Shown: one piece after another, positions 60,392-64,000 of the stretch
How positions within the stretch are numbered: the first letter of the stretch is position 1
Layout of the letters: each line of letters starts with the position of its first letter
Source of the DNA: Saccostrea echinata
Lineage: Eukaryota
Assembly (NCBI RefSeq): GCF_033153115.1
Contig: NW_026889758.1
Span: 51,460,001-51,524,000 of the forward strand
Reading direction: 5' to 3'
DNA: 64,000 nt
Position numbers and translations under genes: made by a program
The notes under the pieces: generated by a model
Told to the model about the DNA's origin: nothing
Database searches by the model: none
The model's input: the letters and a program-made list of their open reading frames with translations, nothing else

Positions 60392-63300
60392 TCCATTTAT
60401 GATTGTGGGTGACTTTAAAGCCCACAATCCACTATGGGGTAGCGACAAAATAACTGATAAAGGGAAAAAAAATGAAGATGCAATATCACATCATAATCTG
60501 TGTATACTTAATGACGGCTCTAGCACTTATTTGCATCCGGGTAATGGTTCGTATTCCTCAATAGATATTACTTTAATAGATCCTTCTTTACTCTTAGATT
60601 TTAATTGGTCAGTACACGACGATTTATGCGGGAGTGATGATTTCCCAATTATCATTAAAATAAATAATCCTTCACAAAATAGTTCTATTCAAAATTGGAA
60701 ACTAAACAAGGCTGATTGGACGCAATTTGAAAAATATGCTTACAAAATATTTCGGCTGAAAAGTTTCAGAACCATCCTGATTCTATACAAAAATTTACTG
60801 AACCATTATTGCATACAGCAAATAAATGCATACCTAAAACCTCGGCAAATTCCACTAGAATCAAAAAACCATGGTATACAGAAGAATGTAATGATGCTAT
60901 TAAAGCTCGAAAAAAAGCAGAAAGACTATTTAATAGATTACCAACATCAACAAATTTAAGCAATTTCCGCATATTGAGAGCAAAAGCTCGCAGAACTATA
61001 AACTTTAGTAAACGAAAATCTTGGAAAAAGTTCGTTTCCAACCTTAATTCACACACTCCTATCAATAAAGTTTGGAACGCAATAAAAAAAAATTAAAGGG
61101 AAAGGTCCTGAAAAATATCAGCATCTTAATGTTGGAATTAAAATTATTACGGATAAAAAGGAAATATCTGATGAAATAGCAAATACAATTTCTAAAATTC
61201 CTCCACAAACAATATAAGTTCTAAATTTAGTAAATATAAAAATTCACAAGAAAAGGTAATGTTTGATTTTACATCTGAAAACTCATATGCATCCATTTAC
61301 TTTAGATGAATTACAAAAGTCTTTAGATAAATCTCATGATACAGCGGTAGGACTGGACCAGATCCATTATCAACTTATTAAACACCTTCCTTTAAACAGT
61401 AAAGAATGTCTTCTGCAAATTTTTAATAAGATCTGGAAGCGAGGCCATTTTCCACCTTCCTGGACCCAAGCTACAGTTATTCCTATCCCTAAACCGGGAA
61501 AGCACCACGTAGATCCTAACAATTACCGTCCAATTGCTTTAACAAGCTGCTTATGTAAAACCCTGGAAAGGATGATAAATGAACGCTTAATATGGTTTCT
61601 TGAAACTTATAACATTTTAACTAATATATAATGTGGTTTTAGAAAAAAAACGAATACTACTGACCAGTAAGTAAGACTGGAAACTTATATTCGAGATGCC
61701 TTTATTAAAAAAGAGCATGTTGTATCTGTATTTTTTGATTTAGAAAAAGCATATGATACTACATGGAGACATGACATTTTGAAAGATCTTTATAAAATGG
61801 GCCTTAAAGGACACTTACCCAATTTTATCAAGAATTTTTTGAATGATAGACATTTTAAAGTACGCTTGGGGTCTACATATTCGGAAAGTTTTGATCAGGA
61901 AATGGGTGTACCACAAGGTAGTATTTTATCAGTCACTTTATTCAGTATAAAAATTAACAGCTTAGCAGAAGTACTTAAAAATGATATGCATGGAAGTTTA
62001 TACGTCGATGATTTTGTTCTTTGTTATAAGTCCAAAAATACGAATTATATTGAGCGAAAATTACAGTTTTGTCTAAACAGAATTCAAAATTGGGCTGATG
62101 AAAATGGATTTAAGTTTTCGAAAAGTAACACCGCTTGCGTGCATTTTTGCACCAAACGGAAAACCCATGATGAACCACATTTGCGGCTACAATGGAAATC
62201 CTATAAAAGTAGTTAAAGAGATTAAGTTTTTAGGCATTATCTTTGATAGTAAACTCTCTTTTGTATCACATATTAAAATGCACAAAGGCTTTAGATGTTC
62301 TCAAAGTTATTTCAAGTACAAGATGGGGGGCAGATAAAAATACTCTTTTAAAACTTTATCGCTCTTTAGTCAGATCTAAGTTAGACTATGGATGTACTGT
62401 GTATGGCTCTGCAAGAACTTCATACTTAAAAGCTCTTGATGCAATCCATCATCTAGGCCTTCGACTGTGTTTAGGAGCTTTTCGAACTTCTCCTATAGAT
62501 ACTTTATATGTCGAAGCAAACGAGCCACCTCTCGACTTAAGAAGAATTAAACTTACCTTACAATATATTCTGAAACTAAAAGCAAATATTGATAATCCTG
62601 CGTATGATTGTGTTTTTCGTCCGCAACACGAAGGCTTGTACCTTAAAAGTAAAAAATGTATAAAACCCATTGGTCTAAGATCGAGAAAACATATCAGGGA
62701 TTCTGACCTACCTTTGGACATAATTCAACCCACAAATTTCTCTAAAATACCACCATGGAAATTAATTAAACCAAAAGTAGATACATCCTTAACATAATTT
62801 AAGAAATCAGAAACAAATTCTCTTATTTTTAAACAGAAATTAGCTGAAATGAAACATTTTAAGAATTCTACAGTTGAGATTTATACAGATGGTTCAAAGG
62901 ACAAAAATGGAGTAGCAGCGGCTGCAGTGATTAAGAATAATGTTTTTTTTTCTCGGCTTCCAAACGAAGCGACAATTTTTACAGCAGAGGCAAAGGCCAT
63001 ACAACTTGCATTTGAATATATTAAATCTTCTAATGACAAAACATTTACAATATTTTCGGACTCGCTCTCTTGCTTAAAATCTATACAAAATATGAATATT
63101 GATCATCCATACATTTTGGATATATTAATTCAATATCATTTTACTCAACAAGGTAAAACAGTTGACTTTTGTTGCATTCCAAGTCATATTGGCATACCTG
63201 GAAACCTAAGGCTGATAGTGCTGCAAAAAGGGCACTTCACCATGATATAACTTTATTCAAAATACCTTACACTGATTTGAAATATCTTGTTAAACTTTAC
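60392..63300 (+). pseudogene. I-group (I/Nimb-like) LINE ORF2: endonuclease C-half, RT, RNase H; degraded and 3' truncated
   Basis: GDF.AH, SIDIT, NYRPIALTS, GVPQGSILS, YVDD, IYTDGSK, FSDS, IPSHIGI; several stops and frameshifts. Confidence 0.93.
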
Positions 63301-64000
63301 AGGGATAGACATCAACTTACAGATTCACTTGCCCTTTGGGCAAGTGAACTCAAACTTTGACTTGTCCGAATACAAAACTTGGTTGCCCAAAATTTAGAAA
63401 GAAGGGAAACCGGTAACTTAATTTATTATTGTAAATAAAGTGAGATTTTTTTTATATTTGGCAAGTTAAGTGCCAGAAAAATATCTTGATGTGCAGGTGA
63501 TGCTACATTTTAAATACTTGTAAACTCACACTGCCATGCAGCAATATCTCCTTTTAAATAAAATTCATATTTTTGAAAATTATTTTCTTAATGATCTTTT
63601 TGTGAATTTAGATTTTTTCCCCCTGAAAAACTGAAGCCACGCTAAAGAAAAACATTGGCCATGTTTTGAAACATAAAACTGGTTTTCTTTATGTTCTGTG
63701 AGTAAATAAATGAGCTATTTTTAAATATCATATTTCATAATAAGAATATTAAGAAGTCAGTTTTGTCAACTACCCAGAAAGAAAAATGGAATAACGAACC
63801 TGATTTTTGAATAAACGGCGCTACCGAGGAATTTCCGACTACAAAAAGAATGTCATATATTCCTGGTAGAAATCAAATGTTCAAATTATTGTTTTGTTTA
63901 TAAACTAATGTAAGATTTAAAAAATCTATCAAATATTCACTTGCCCGATCGGACAAGTACATCAGCAGTTTCACTTGCCCGTACTGAGAATTTACTTGCC

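Overview
AT-rich eukaryotic DNA, most likely from an oyster or related bivalve. This is inferred from tRNA/Deu-type SINEs and ~156-166 bp tandem arrays inside Helentron-like (HINE) elements. The only host gene I can support is two coding exons of a lipocalin (RBP4/ApoD-like) on the - strand at 3751-5401, which runs off the left edge and is missed by the ORF track. The centre is a nested stack of insertions. An old Gypsy element (~21.0-55.5 kb) hosts a young 12.4-kb Gypsy (22257-34661, 2-kb LTRs, GAAAG TSD) and several SINEs. One of those SINEs is split by a complete 19.3-kb Polinton/Maverick (adintovirus-like; 35108-54374, AGTAGT...ACTACT termini, GAGGAA TSD). The Polinton has all core genes: pPolB with a spliceosomal intron, packaging ATPase, adenain, major and minor capsid proteins, and integrase. 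It also carries an unusual host-manipulation gene set: a 68-aa GADD34/ICP34.5/DP71L-type PP1 adaptor, a CARD-PC4-PC4 fusion, and a six-exon mucin-stalk membrane protein with two alternative transmembrane/cytoplasmic ends, one of them carrying YDEV and YVN motifs. The Gypsy elements carry spliced C2H2 zinc-finger ORFs at the position where env would sit. An RNase H-containing LINE with a 5' inversion fills the right end. All calls come from reading motifs by eye; no searches were run.
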